The notes beneath the pieces were generated by a model. It had not been told where the DNA came from, searched no databases, and was given only the letters and a program-made list of their open reading frames with translations. From assembly GCF_006345805.1 (NCBI RefSeq), contig NC_043000.1:149296001-149360000 (forward strand): DNA of 64,000 bases, written 5' to 3'. Source of the DNA: Octopus sinensis. Taxonomy: Eukaryota. The position numbers were made by a program, and so were the translations under genes. How positions within the stretch are numbered: position 1 is the first letter of the stretch; each line of letters begins with the position of its first letter. Positions 49,645 to 61,749 of the stretch are shown here, piece by piece.

Positions 49645-52600
49645 TCATGATCATCATTTAACATTCGCTTTCCATGCTGGCAAGGGTTGGACGGTTTGAC
49701 TGAAGGATGGCAAGCCAGAAGGCTGCACCAGGCCCAAATCTTATTTGGCAAAGTTTCTACAGCTGGATGCCCTTCCTAACTGCAAGAGTGTAGTGGGTGC
49801 TTTTATGTACCACCAGCACAAGGCCAGGTCAGGTAGTACTGGCATCGATCACACACAAATGGTGCTTTTTATGTGCCAACTGCACAGGAGCCAGTCAGGT
49901 GGCACTCTCAACAACCACGCTCAAACGGTATTTTTTATGTGCCACCAGCATAGGACGCAGTCAGGCAGCCCTAGCAATGATCGTGCTTGAATGACTCTTT
50001 AAACATTCCACTGGCACGGGTGCCAATCAGGTGGTACTGTGATCGAACACAACAGCTGTTTCACTTGCCTCAACAGGTCTTCACAAGCACTGTTTATTGC
50101 CCAATGATTGAAGGGTACTCTTAAATGGGCTGGTTATGCAGCACTGGCATAAGCTACAGTTATGGTCTCACATGGCTTGCTGGGTCTTCTCAAGCACAGC
50201 ATATCTCCAAAGGTCTCGGTCACTTGTCATTGCCTCAGTGAGGCACAATGTTCAAATGTCATGTGTCACCACCTCATCACAGGTCTTCCTGGGCCTACCT
50301 CTTCCACAGGTTCCCTCAACTGCTAGGGTGTGACACTTTTTCTCACAGCTGTCCTCATCCATACGCAACACATGACCATACCAGTGCAGTCGTCTCTCTT
50401 GCATACCACATCTGATGCTTCTCAAATCTAACTTTTCACTCAGGGTGCTTACACTCTGTTGTGTTTGCATACTGACTTTACACATCCAATGGAGCATTCT
50501 GGCTTCATTCCTTGCAAGCTTACGCATGCCCTCAGCAGTCACGGCCCATGTTTGACTGTCATGTAGCATGGCTGTTTGCACACATGCGTCATACAGTCTA
50601 CCTTTTACTCTGAGCAAGAGGCCTTTGTCACCAGCTGAGGTAGGAGCTCTCTGAACTTTGTTCAGGCTATTCTTATTCTAGCAGCTACACTTTCAGGCCA
50701 TCCACCTCTGCTACTCACTTGGTCACTGAGGTAACAAAAGCTGTCAACTACATGTAGTGGTATGGTGGTGTGGTTGTGTTGGGGTGTGTGGAAGATAGGG
50801 TAAGGCATGGGTTGGATGAGGGTGAAGTATGTGGGAATTGGGTATGAGGGTGGGAGTGGAATGTCTGGGATGGGGTGGGATGTGATGGGATGTACGGGGG
50901 TTGGAATGTTTAGGGTGGAGTTACGATGGCGGGAGTGTCGATGAAGGGAGAAGGTGGAAGGGAGAGGGTGAGTAGGAGTGAAGAGAGGAAGTAGGTGTCA
51001 GAGCAAGAGAGCAGAGGAGAGGTGGCTGGGAGTGAAGGGAGGAAGTAGGTGTGAGAGGAGAGTGGACGGGGTTAGATGAAGAGGGGAGGAAAGTTGAGCC
51101 CATGTGGTGCAAGGGAGCGAAGGGAGAAGATTAATTCTTGTTCACGGTGAAGACGGGAGTCCGGATGGCCCCTGTGCGAGGACAATCCGAACACAGACAG
51201 GTGTTGTAAAGAATGACCGGTAGAGCGGAAATGGCGCGAGACAGGGGTGTCGTTGTCGAGTCTGATGTCTTGGAAGTGTTCCGCGAACCGATCAGCCAAG
51301 CGGCGTCCCGTTTGACCGATGTACAGAGAAAGACAGAAAGAGCAAGATATGCAGTAGATGATGTTGCTAGAAGTGCAGGCGAAGGAGTCAGTGATATAAT
51401 AGAATCGATGATGGGTGCCTGTGAGGATGGTGGTGTAAGGGCAACTGCAGCAGCGTGGGCGGGGGCAGGGAAACGAGCCGGGTTGGGAGGTTGGATTAGG
51501 GAAGAAACTGTGGACCAGGAGGTCACGTAGGTTGTGGGCTCGTTTGAAGGAGGGGTGGGGTCGGTTAGGGAAGATTTGCGAAGTGGACGGGTTGGACTGC
51601 AGTCGCCGGAAGGCTTGGAGAATTGTGCGTTGGAGAGGTAGGGTGGAGGGGTGGCAGGTGAGGGGTGACGGCGGGGCGGGTTTGGGGTGAGAGAGTAGAT
51701 GCACGGTCCACGGAACATGCTCTGGCAAAGGTAGTGTGGATAGTGATGAAGAGATATCCACGTAAGATGAAGTGGCGAGCCATGAGTTGAGACTGAGTCT
51801 CAAAGTCATGGTTGTCACTGCGGAGCCTGCGCAGACAGAAGAATAGGGGATGGAGAGTTTAGTGTGTTTAGGGTGGGAGGAGGGGAAGTTAAGGTATGAG
51901 TGTGAGTCTGTATGTTTGTAGTGGATAGAGGTGGTGAGAGTGGAGTGATGAATGCTGACCGAAATGTCGAGAAAGGCGACGGAAGTCTTGGAAATAGTGC
52001 AGGAGAAGTGGAGGGCAGGATGGAAAGATTTAACAAAAGAGAGGAAGGAGTCTAGATGTTCGCGGGAGAGTGAGGTCGCACCGATACAGTCATCAATATA
52101 ACGATCGAATAGTTTGGGGTAAAAATCACCCGCGAACGAGAAACAGTTAAGGGAGAGAACAATTTCGGCCAGACGAAGAAGTGTGGATGTGTCAGGTTGG
52201 GGGTTGGGTCGAAGGTCAAGGTAGTGTTGGAATGCACGAAGCCCCTCGTGGTGAGGGATCACCGTATATAGGCTCTTGATGTCAAGAGTGAAGAGAAGTT
52301 TAGAGAGGCCAGGAGGGAAGGAGAAAGAGTGGAACAGACGAAGAGCATGGTTTGTGTCATGGATGTGAGAGGGGAGGGAAGCCACTAGGGGGCACAAGGA
52401 CACGGTCAAGATACTTGGAGATGAGTTTGGTGGGGAAGTTGCTGACGGAGACGATGGAGCGGCCAGGGTTGTTAGGTTTGTGGATTTTGGGAAGGAAGTA
52501 AAATGTAGGGGTGCGAGGGGTGCGGACAATGAAGTTGGAGGCGGTGGGGAGATGGGAGTAGGAGATGAGGTCATGGCCGGTTTTATGATGATGTTTTTGC

Positions 52601-55045
52601 GGCGTTGGAGACATCGAAGCGCCGAGAGTTCGGCTGGGGAAATGTTCAGATGTTGGGGACGCCTGGAAAAGTCAAACCGGTCCACAGCGCACTGGCAGAG
52701 GCCCGCAAAAAGATCAACTGCTTGGAACTGGCCAGGAGCTGGCGTCCACTGGAATGGTCGGCGGCCTAGGTAGGTGAAGCAGTCCTCCTCATTAGATGCA
52801 GGTGGAGTGTTGTGGAATAGCGCTCAAAGCTGTGGATATCGGCACGAGTCCGAAATTCGTTGCTGGATGGAGTGAGGGGGATGAAGCGCAGGCCCATACT
52901 GCGGTGGGAGCGCGCCACCTCAGAGAGGGGAAGATCTGGAAGATATATATATATATATATATATGGTGTGTGTGTGTGTGTGTGTATAGATATGTATATA
53001 TGACCATCCGCACCATATCCCTTTTTCGTCCTCACTGAGACCCATCTCAATAACTACCACTTGGAAACTGAGGTGAGAGTGAAGAATTTTACAGTCATCC
53101 GTGCAGATCATGTCGGCACCTCTTATTTGTCCATAGCTTATACCAGGTACATCGTATGGAGTTTCTACTCACACCTTTTCTACAAATCGAGCAGGGCCAT
53201 CTACATGAAGGGGTTTGTGATTTGACAGCCTCCTACTTACTAAGACTTTGGTTTTGGCTAGGTTAACCCTAAGGCCCTTCGATTCTAGACCTTGCTTCCA
53301 CACCCTAAACTTTGTCTCCTGTTCTGGCAGTGACTCGGCTATTAGAACAAGGGCATCCTGTCTTGAATTCTTCTGTTATTGCCTGGAGGACTATAATGAA
53401 TAAGAGGGGGCTGAGGACTGATCTTTGGTGAACCCCTACTTCTACTCGGAATTCTTTACTATACTCGTTGCCAACCCTCAGCTTACTGACAGCGTCCCTG
53501 TACAGAGGTTTTACAGCTCTTACCAGCCACTCGTCTATTCCCAGTTTCCGTATTTACCACCAGATAATGAATCGGGGGAACCTGTCAAAGGCTTTCTCCA
53601 TGTCAACAAAAGCCAAGTACAGAGGTTTATCTTTGGCTAGATATTTCTCCTGTAGTTGCCTTACCAGAAATATAGCATCAGTGATGCTTCTGCCTGGCAC
53701 AAAACTGAACTGCATCTCATCTAGGCTAACTCTCTCCCTAATTAGTTGGGCTATGACTCTCTCTGTAACTTTCATCACCTGATCCAATAATTTGATACCT
53801 CAGTAGTTATTTCTATCTAAAGCATCACCTTTCCTCCTGTAGCAGTTGACTATGGTGCTGCTACACCAATCATTGGGTATGATTCCTTCATGAACTACCT
53901 GATTTACGATGCGGGTGACAAGACTATAACCCACACCGGACGATGTTTTAAGCATCTCAGTTGTGATTCCTGATGGGCCAGGTGCTTTCCCTGTCTTCAT
54001 ATCCTTAATTACTTTATCTACCTGGGTACTGTCGATTTGGAAAGCTGGTCCCTCAATTGGGTCAACCTTTGGCAGACTCTCCTCATCCCATTCATTCTCC
54101 ACATTCAACAGTCTTTCATAATGGCATCTCCAAACCTCTTTCTTTGCAGAATCATTAAACGCAAGGGCATCATTATCCATGCGGACACATATCTTTTCTA
54201 TGACATCGTGGTTTTCTCTCACACTGTCTAGCAATCCGAAATACTTCAGTTCTCTGGTCTTGAGATCACTGAACATCGGCAAACTTCTTTTCTGCTACAC
54301 CCTTGGCTATATATACCTGTCTTTTGCTATCTGACACATTCTCCTGCTACCCCTACTTTTCCAGGCATTCCAGGCCTATTTCTTTGCTCTAGTGGCCTTG
54401 TCTACAGTGTTGTTCTACCATGTTGCTCTAGGTCTGGAAGGGACTTTGCACCAGCCACAGATTTGGTCTGTGGCTCTCATCAAGCTGTCTTGCAGAATTC
54501 CCAGCTGCCTTCTATGTCACTGGACTGTAGCTTCTCCCTATCATCAAATTTCCCGGTAAGGATATCCTTAAATCTCTGATCATGTAAAGGGTTCCTAAGA
54601 TTCCAAGTCTTTCTTTTCCAGATTAGTTTGGTTTTTGGGATCCTTCTGGCCTCGAGTCTAAAGTCACAAATAACTAGTGTATGTTGGAGGGTATATTCTT
54701 CACCAGGGAGGAGGGTCTTTGCATTTAAGCGCAATCATGCATCTCGCTGTCTGGTGAGAATGAAATCGATCTGGCTAGCGAAGTCACCTGATTGATAAGT
54801 TATCGGGTGGCTAGATGGCTTCTTGAAGTTGGTGTTGCAGATCAATAGGTTATTTGCATTGCAGAACTCCAGGAGCCTAGTTCCCTCTTCATTACTGGTA
54901 CACCGTGGAAGATACCAGACTGCTGTCCGACATGCCTATTAAAATCTCCAGCCAGAAAGCTGAGATCATTATCACTCGTCTTTGAGGCAACCTGCAGAAG
55001 AATATCAAAAAGTGACCCTTCTGTTCATTCGGTAGGCCCGCATGT
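49645..55045 (-). mobile_element. RTE-clade LINE, decayed, split by a Penelope-like element
   Basis: APE (AGDFN, QIDFIL) at 54.7-55.0 kb; RT (KAPGPSG, QFSFVPGRS..DAIF, DMEKAFD) at 53.5-54.3 kb; C-terminus VVDSFCYL...RRLHWYGHVLRM at 50.25-50.75 kb; (CAT)n-type tail. Confidence 0.9.
50752..52920 (-). mobile_element. Penelope-like element (Neptune-type Zn-finger motifs), frameshifted
   Basis: LDIKSLYT, RYIDD, FLDI, YKHTDSHSYL, CPRPRCCSC, IIY...YIGQT and LAPHGLN. Confidence 0.9.
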
Positions 55046-55587
55046 GGGGTGTAGACAGAGATAAGTGTAGCTATACCATTCTACAAGACTGGCCTGAGTT
55101 CAAGTACTCTATCGCACTCCCTCGATTGCGCTATTCAAGAGAGCATACACCTCTCTCGAATACACCGGCCGGGCTTGTCTGTGATACATGTTTTTCCTTG
55201 TTAAGTTCTCTTTGGTTTTTTTTTCTGCTTTTATGTACATTTTTACTTGAATATTATAACTTTTTTCAAACATAGGCTTGCCTACCACTTTTAGCCTCGT
55301 GTAATATATATATATATAATTATATTTTCTGTCTTAGAAAGTTAAAGAAGTGGAGGTGTGAGTTCGAGTCTCATAGCCGGCCGCTAACACTTTTTTCTGC
55401 AAAATAGGGATAGCTTCTCCTGTTCAGACTGTATTATTAGCATTATCCTGCGTTTGAGAATTTAAAATCACTTCTTAAACTTTCTAAGACATCTCAACGC
55501 TTCTAAAGCAAACTTCGTTTATTTGTTTACGTTCATCATAATTTGAATTTAACGTACGATAGTGTCTCATAAAGCGAGATTTATACA

Positions 55588-55620
<33 letters not shown>

Positions 55621-55621
55621 C

Positions 55622-55699
<78 letters not shown>

Positions 55700-55701
<2 letters not shown>

Positions 55702-56855
55702 TGGTGTCACTGGAAAGTTGCTGCAGTGGATCAAGTGCTTCCTGTCTAACAGAACCCAACATGTTGTAGTCGAAGGAGTCAAATCCAGCCCAGCCAAAGT
55801 CAGCAGTGGTGTCCCACAAGGCACTGTGTTGGGCCCACTTCTCTTCATCATCTACATAAATGATATTACTGATACCATCAAACACAGTAACATCAGAACC
55901 TTCGCTGATGACTCCAAGCTCCAGAAGGTCATCAATGGCGTGGATGACCGAATAAACCTTCAGTCAGACCTACTGGCTGTTGTCCAATGGGCGGAAAAGA
56001 ATAACATGTTGCTAAATGAAGACAAATTTGAACTGATCCACTTTGGAAGGGAGGACGCTCTGAAACTCCCATACTCTCTTCCTTCTGGAGAAATTCTCAT
56101 GGCATCCAACAACATCAGAGACCTGGGAGTAACAGTGGACAACAAAATAAGCTGGGCTACACATATAAGCAGCAAAGTTGACATGGCCTGCAGAATGTGT
56201 TTCTGGATTCTCAGAACCTTCCAGTCGAGAGATTCCCACGCTATTATCCTTCTCTTCTCCACTTTTGCCCGACCCCACCTTGAATACTGCTGTCCACTGT
56301 GGTCTCCCTACACAAAACAAAATATTATGAGAATTGAAGCTCCCCAAAGGTCAATCACAAAAAAGATAGATGGCATGTCAGACCTTGACTACTGGGGTAG
56401 ACTAGAGAAGCTGAAATTGTATTCACTCCAACGACGCCGTGAACGCTACATTATCTGTATGATGTGGAAAATATTCCACCAGCACTGTCCGAATGATGTT
56501 GGCATCACCTTCAAAATGCATCCAAGGCTTGGACCACGTGCCATCCGTCCACAACAAAAATCTAAATCGCATCACATAACGACAATACGGCACAACTATT
56601 TCACCTCAATTGGACCTGCTCTCTTCAACATTACACCAGGGCACGTCAAAAAAGAAACTGACCACACAAAATTCAAGAAGTCTTTGGACAAATTCCTTCA
56701 AACAGTACCGGACAAACCACCCACACCCGATATGTCTCCGCAAACAATAACTCTCTGCTCGAATGGGCCTTGGTGCCCAAATCCTGAACTGAAAGACTTC
56801 ACCAGGTGGTGCTATTAAGTTAGACATGGCCTGGGCCAATACTGGCCAAAACCTT
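55700..56855 (+). mobile_element. 5'-truncated CR1-like LINE between (TA)n arrays; RT C-half frame open
   Basis: SGVPQGTVLGPLLF, FADD, RPHLEYCCPLWSP and LYSLQRRRER. Confidence 0.9.
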
Positions 56856-56870
56856 TCTAAGTTATTCTAA

Positions 56871-56916
<46 letters not shown>

Positions 56917-57178
56917 CAATTAAGGACAACTACTTAATAAGGAAAACTTAACAAGAAATTGTCAGGTAGATAGCGTAAAAACCTCATAAGAGAAAAAATT
57001 TCGAAAATAATTATTTCTTATTGAACATATTAATTTATATATAGAGGGCATTATACATACATGCCAGACGGCATTATACATACATGCCAAACGCTAAGAG
57101 GACAATCAGTCATTTCTACCAAAAATATTACTAATCCCACCGAATGCAATTTTTCAAAGTAAGACATTTAAAAATATA

Positions 57179-57224
57179 GACCTGTATCACAGTGATTTCA
57201 TACTTACGTAATCATCAGCAGGCC
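57179..57224 (-). ncRNA. Minimal type-I hammerhead ribozyme with intact CUGAUGA/GAAA core
   Basis: GGCCUG-CUGAUGA-U-UAC(GUAA)GUA-U-GAAA-UCAC(U)GUGA-UA|CAGGUC; 6-bp stem I and a GNRA loop on stem II. Confidence 0.8.
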
Positions 57225-57434
57225 TATATATATATATATGTATATATATATGTGTGTGCGTGTTATATATTTATATATATGTTATATACATCATATATAT
57301 TTATTTATATATATTATATATATTTATATATATTATATATATGTTATATATATATATTATATATAACATATATATAACATATATATAATATATATAATAT
57401 ATATAAATAAATATATATGATGTATATAACATAT

Positions 57435-57488
<54 letters not shown>

Positions 57489-57508
57489 TATATATATTAT
57501 ATTATTAC

Positions 57509-57540
<32 letters not shown>

Positions 57541-57685
57541 TTATATATATATATTTATATATTATATATATTACATATATATTTATATATATTATGTATA
57601 TATTACATATATATTTATATATATATTATATATACATTACATATATATCTATATATATTATATATATATATTACATATATATTTA
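57225..57685. repeat. Degenerate (TA)n block
   Basis: Direct reading. Confidence 0.9.
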
Positions 57686-58920
57686 TATCAACAAAAAACG
57701 TACCAAAGCTTTTATTAAAGCTCTCCAATCTCAAATCCTAAAGGATCCAACCAAATCTATGAGAAAAATGGTAATTGAACTTGAGGTAGACAACAACACC
57801 ATTAGAAATGCAGTAAAATATGATTTGAGGTTAAAATCTTACACAAGAACACCAAAACACTTGTTGACAACAGCTTTGAAGGAAAAGAGATTGGAAAGGT
57901 GCAAGAAAATTATTACCTGGTTCAAGTAAAAGTCCTCCATTCTAACGATCTTTTCAGACGAAAAGATCTTCACTGTCGAGACTGTTCTGAACCGCAGAAA
58001 TGACAGATTTATCGCAAAATCGACAGCTGAGGCTAAGGGGACATTCAAAACAAAACATCCAGCTCAAGTTATGGCTTTTGGTGTTGTGGTTTCCGATGGA
58101 AAGAAAATGCCTATAAAATTCTACAAATCTGATGAAAAGATCAATGTTAATACTTACTAAAAGACTCTGAGATACCGGGTATTGCCAAGGCTTAAAGCAA
58201 ACTACCCAGCTTCTTTAATAGTATCTTTAAGAAATTCGACATTGCTGTGTGATGGTCTATTGGTAGCATGTTCTAAAACGCCCCAAATAGCATAATCCAG
58301 AAGGTTAGATCTGGGCTAGAAGGCGGCCAAAAACATGATTCCCAAAAATTGCTAAAGTTCGATTTTTCTTGAACCAGGTAATAATTTTCTTGCACCTTTC
58401 CAATCTCTTTTCCTTCATAGCTGTTGTCAACAAGTGTTTTGGTGTTCTTATGTAAGATTTTAACCTCAAATCATATTTTACTGCATTTCTAATGGTGTTG
58501 TTGTCTACCTCAAGTTCAATTACCATTTTTCTCATAGATTTGGTTGGATCCTTTAGGATTTGAGATTGGAGAGCTTTAATAAAAGCTTTGGTACGTTTTT
58601 TGTTGATGCCTCCACTTCCAGACTTGCTCGTAATAGTTTTGCTCATGGTCATTCTATTCTTTACATTATAAACAGTCTTTATGGACACTCCAACTATTCT
58701 TGAAATCTCCTTTGGTGTGACGAGTGCATTCAGCAAATCACACACTCTTTGAGGTTTGCTTTCCTGATTACTCATATGGGCAAAAGTTTCTGAAAAGATA
58801 AGGATAATAGTGTTAGGTATGATGATGACGTCAATATCTGCTAGATTTCAAAACAATTGATTTAGTGCCTGCTGAGAAAAATAACTTAACGTTCATTGTA
58901 AATTTTGCTTTCCCAACCTG
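57686..58920. mobile_element. Two rearranged maT (DD37D) fragments fused in inverted orientation
   Basis: + fragment at 57686..58209; - copy at 58210..58920 with an internal deletion near 58364 and a TIR at TA 58921. Same family as 11275..12285. Confidence 0.85.
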
Positions 58921-59139
58921 TATATGAATATATGTATAATATATATAAATATATATGTAATATATACATAATATATATAAATATATATATAATATGTATA
59001 TAATATATATAAGCATATATATAATATACGTATAATATATATACGATATATATATAAAAATATATATAATATATATAATATATATATAAATATATACATA
59101 ATATATATAAATATCTATGATATATATAAACATTTTTTT

Positions 59140-60330
59140 TTCTTCTCTAGTTTCAGCTCAGAGCTGCGGCCATGCTGATGCACCGCCGTTTTGTGCTACA
59201 CTGTTATTGCGAAGAACCTCGTCTAATATGTGGCACTTGGTGAAGAATGGAGTTTGATATAGCTACTCTCATTTGCACCTCTTGCCGTGAGGTAGGTTCA
59301 TCTGGGACTCTTGACAGGAAGATGTCCAGCTTTGATTTAAAAACTGCTACATCTACTTTGTGCAAGTTCCTCAGACTCTTTGGGAGAATATTAAAAAGCT
59401 GTGGGCCCTTGAAACCCAGGCTGTTGCAGAAGCTGGTCCTGAAGCGTGATGACATTGCTGGGATCTTTGGAACTATGCAGTGTCGTCCCGTTCTAGCATT
59501 GGTGTAGCTTACAATGCCAAAATTTGGTACAATTTCTTCCAGGATCTTCCAGACATATATTACTGCATACCTCTCCCGTCTTCTCTCCAGGGAGTAGAGT
59601 CTTAGCTGTTTCAACCTTTCCCAGTAACTGAGCTGTTGCAAAGAGACGATCTTTTTTGTGAATCTTCTCTGGATTGCTTCGAGGTCCGCTGTTAATTTTA
59701 CACTGGTGGGTGACCATAGCTGTGAGCAGTAATCCAGGCGGCTGAGGACGAATGTCCGCCAGAGGACCATCATGGTTTCCTTATCTCTGGTTCTGAATGT
59801 TCTTAGGATCCACCCAGCCAGTTATTATCCTCAGCCCATCTGTAGACTGAGTCCAACTCCTGCTGCAGGTGTGCAACATCGCTGGGGTTCTGTATTTTCT
59901 GCGAGACTTTCGTATCGTCTGCATAACTGGCCAGAGTGGCTATCCGGGCATTTGAGGGCGTATCTGAGAGGGCCACTATAAAAAGCAGTGGTCCCAAGAC
60001 AGTGCCCTGTGGAACACTGCTCACTATTTGTGTGTTCATAGAGGTGGCTCCATTAACCACTACTGCATGACTTCTATCTTTCAGGAAGTCATGTAACCAC
60101 ACTCCAAGTTTTCCAGCTATGCCGAGGTCACGTAGTTTGCGGCATATCATACCATGATCCACCTTGTCAAAAGCTTTTGCAAAATCAAGGTAGATTACGT
60201 CCACATTTGATTTGTTAAGTAACTGCCTCAACACCCAGTCATAATGTTGTAAGAGCTGGGTCAGGCAGCTCCTACCTGGTCGAAAACCATGCTGGGTATC
60301 ACTCAGCAAGTTATTTTCCTCAAGGAATAA
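59140..60330 (-). mobile_element. CR1-like LINE, 5' truncated, with internal deletion
   Basis: QHGFRPGRSCLTQL, YLDFAKAFDKVDH, PQGTVLGPLLF, YADD and LYSLERRRER; deletion near 59820. Confidence 0.9.
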
Positions 60331-60395
60331 TATATATAATATAATATATAATATATATATTATATATATATATATATATGTATAAATATATATTC

Positions 60396-60770
60396 GGTCA
60401 TGAATGACCAAGCGATTGCAACTAGAAATTTACCCTCCGAGGCACAAGTCTGGGCAAGGTTGTTTATGGAAGACCAGCAGTCGCGCACGCATACCAGCCT
60501 CCCCTCTCCTCGCCACCGATGTTATCCAAGGGAAAGGCAAAGGCCGATACAGCTTGGTACCAGTTACATCGCAGCTCCTTTATTAACGTGCAAGTGGCTG
60601 AGCACTCCACAGACACGTATACCCTTAACGTAGTTCTCGGGCAGATTCAGCTTGACACAGAGTGTGCCAAGGCTGGCCCTTTGAAATACAGGAAGAAAGA
60701 GTGAGAGGCAGTTGTGGTGAAAGAGTACAGCAGGGTTCACCCCACCTCTGCCGGAGCCTCGTGGAGCTTT
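60396..60770 (-). mobile_element. Chimeric SINE: family-B body joined to family-C 3' half
   Basis: 60583..60770 aligns to family B; 60396..60580 aligns to 37410..37570. Confidence 0.75.
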
Positions 60771-60807
60771 ATATATATATATATGAATATATATATATAT
60801 ATATATA

Positions 60808-60958
<151 letters not shown>

Positions 60959-61088
60959 TTATATATATATATATATTATATATATATATATTTATATATG
61001 AATATATAAATGTATATACGCGTGTGTGTGTGTTTGTGCAATCATCAAAAAGGTAGAACTGTAAATTAGATGATTGCATGTATGTATG

Positions 61089-61132
<44 letters not shown>

Positions 61133-61281
61133 GGGTGTGTGTGATTGTGTATAGAAGAATATATTAATAAAAGGAATTCCAACCTTGTCTGATTTTCACG
61201 TTTTATTTACAATCTTATAATGATATAAGGTAATATAATAAAATAAAATAAAATAATAGAATGTTAAATGTTCATTCTGAT

Positions 61282-61326
61282 TGAACTAGTACTTTCATGC
61301 ATTAAATTCTGCAATCTTCGGGTTCA
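61282..61326 (-). ncRNA. Minimal type-I hammerhead ribozyme (U4C core) 3' of PLE ORF
   Basis: UGAAC-CCGAAGA-U-UGCA(GAAUUUAA)UGCA-U-GAAA-GUAC-UA|GUUCA; helix III is the palindrome AGUACU. Confidence 0.7.
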
Positions 61327-61749
61327 TGTAGTAGTGGTGACAGTCATGCTTCACAATTTTTGACTGTAGCGAGATGAATGAATCTGTGCCTTAAATACAG
61401 CTGTGTAGGCTCCAGATTGCTAGGTTTTGCAAACTGTATTCTGACCAATCAGTGTGTAGTATCACTCAATTACTTAAGCTGATTGGTTGGTTGAGCTGAT
61501 TGGTTTAGGCGTCACGCTTTGTTGAACATGTCAAGAGTCCTGTATCTTGACCCTGGCCGAGGCAGCAATTGTTGGGCTATTTTTAGAAATGTTGTAAATA
61601 GCCTTTGTCAGAGATTTTTATATTTTTATATTTCAATTGTCATCATCATCATTATCAGCACCTTAATTATTGTTGCTAGTGGTGATGGTGGTGGCAATAG
61701 AACTTTTAACCCTAAATAAGATAATTTTCCTGCTATCTAAGTATTATTA

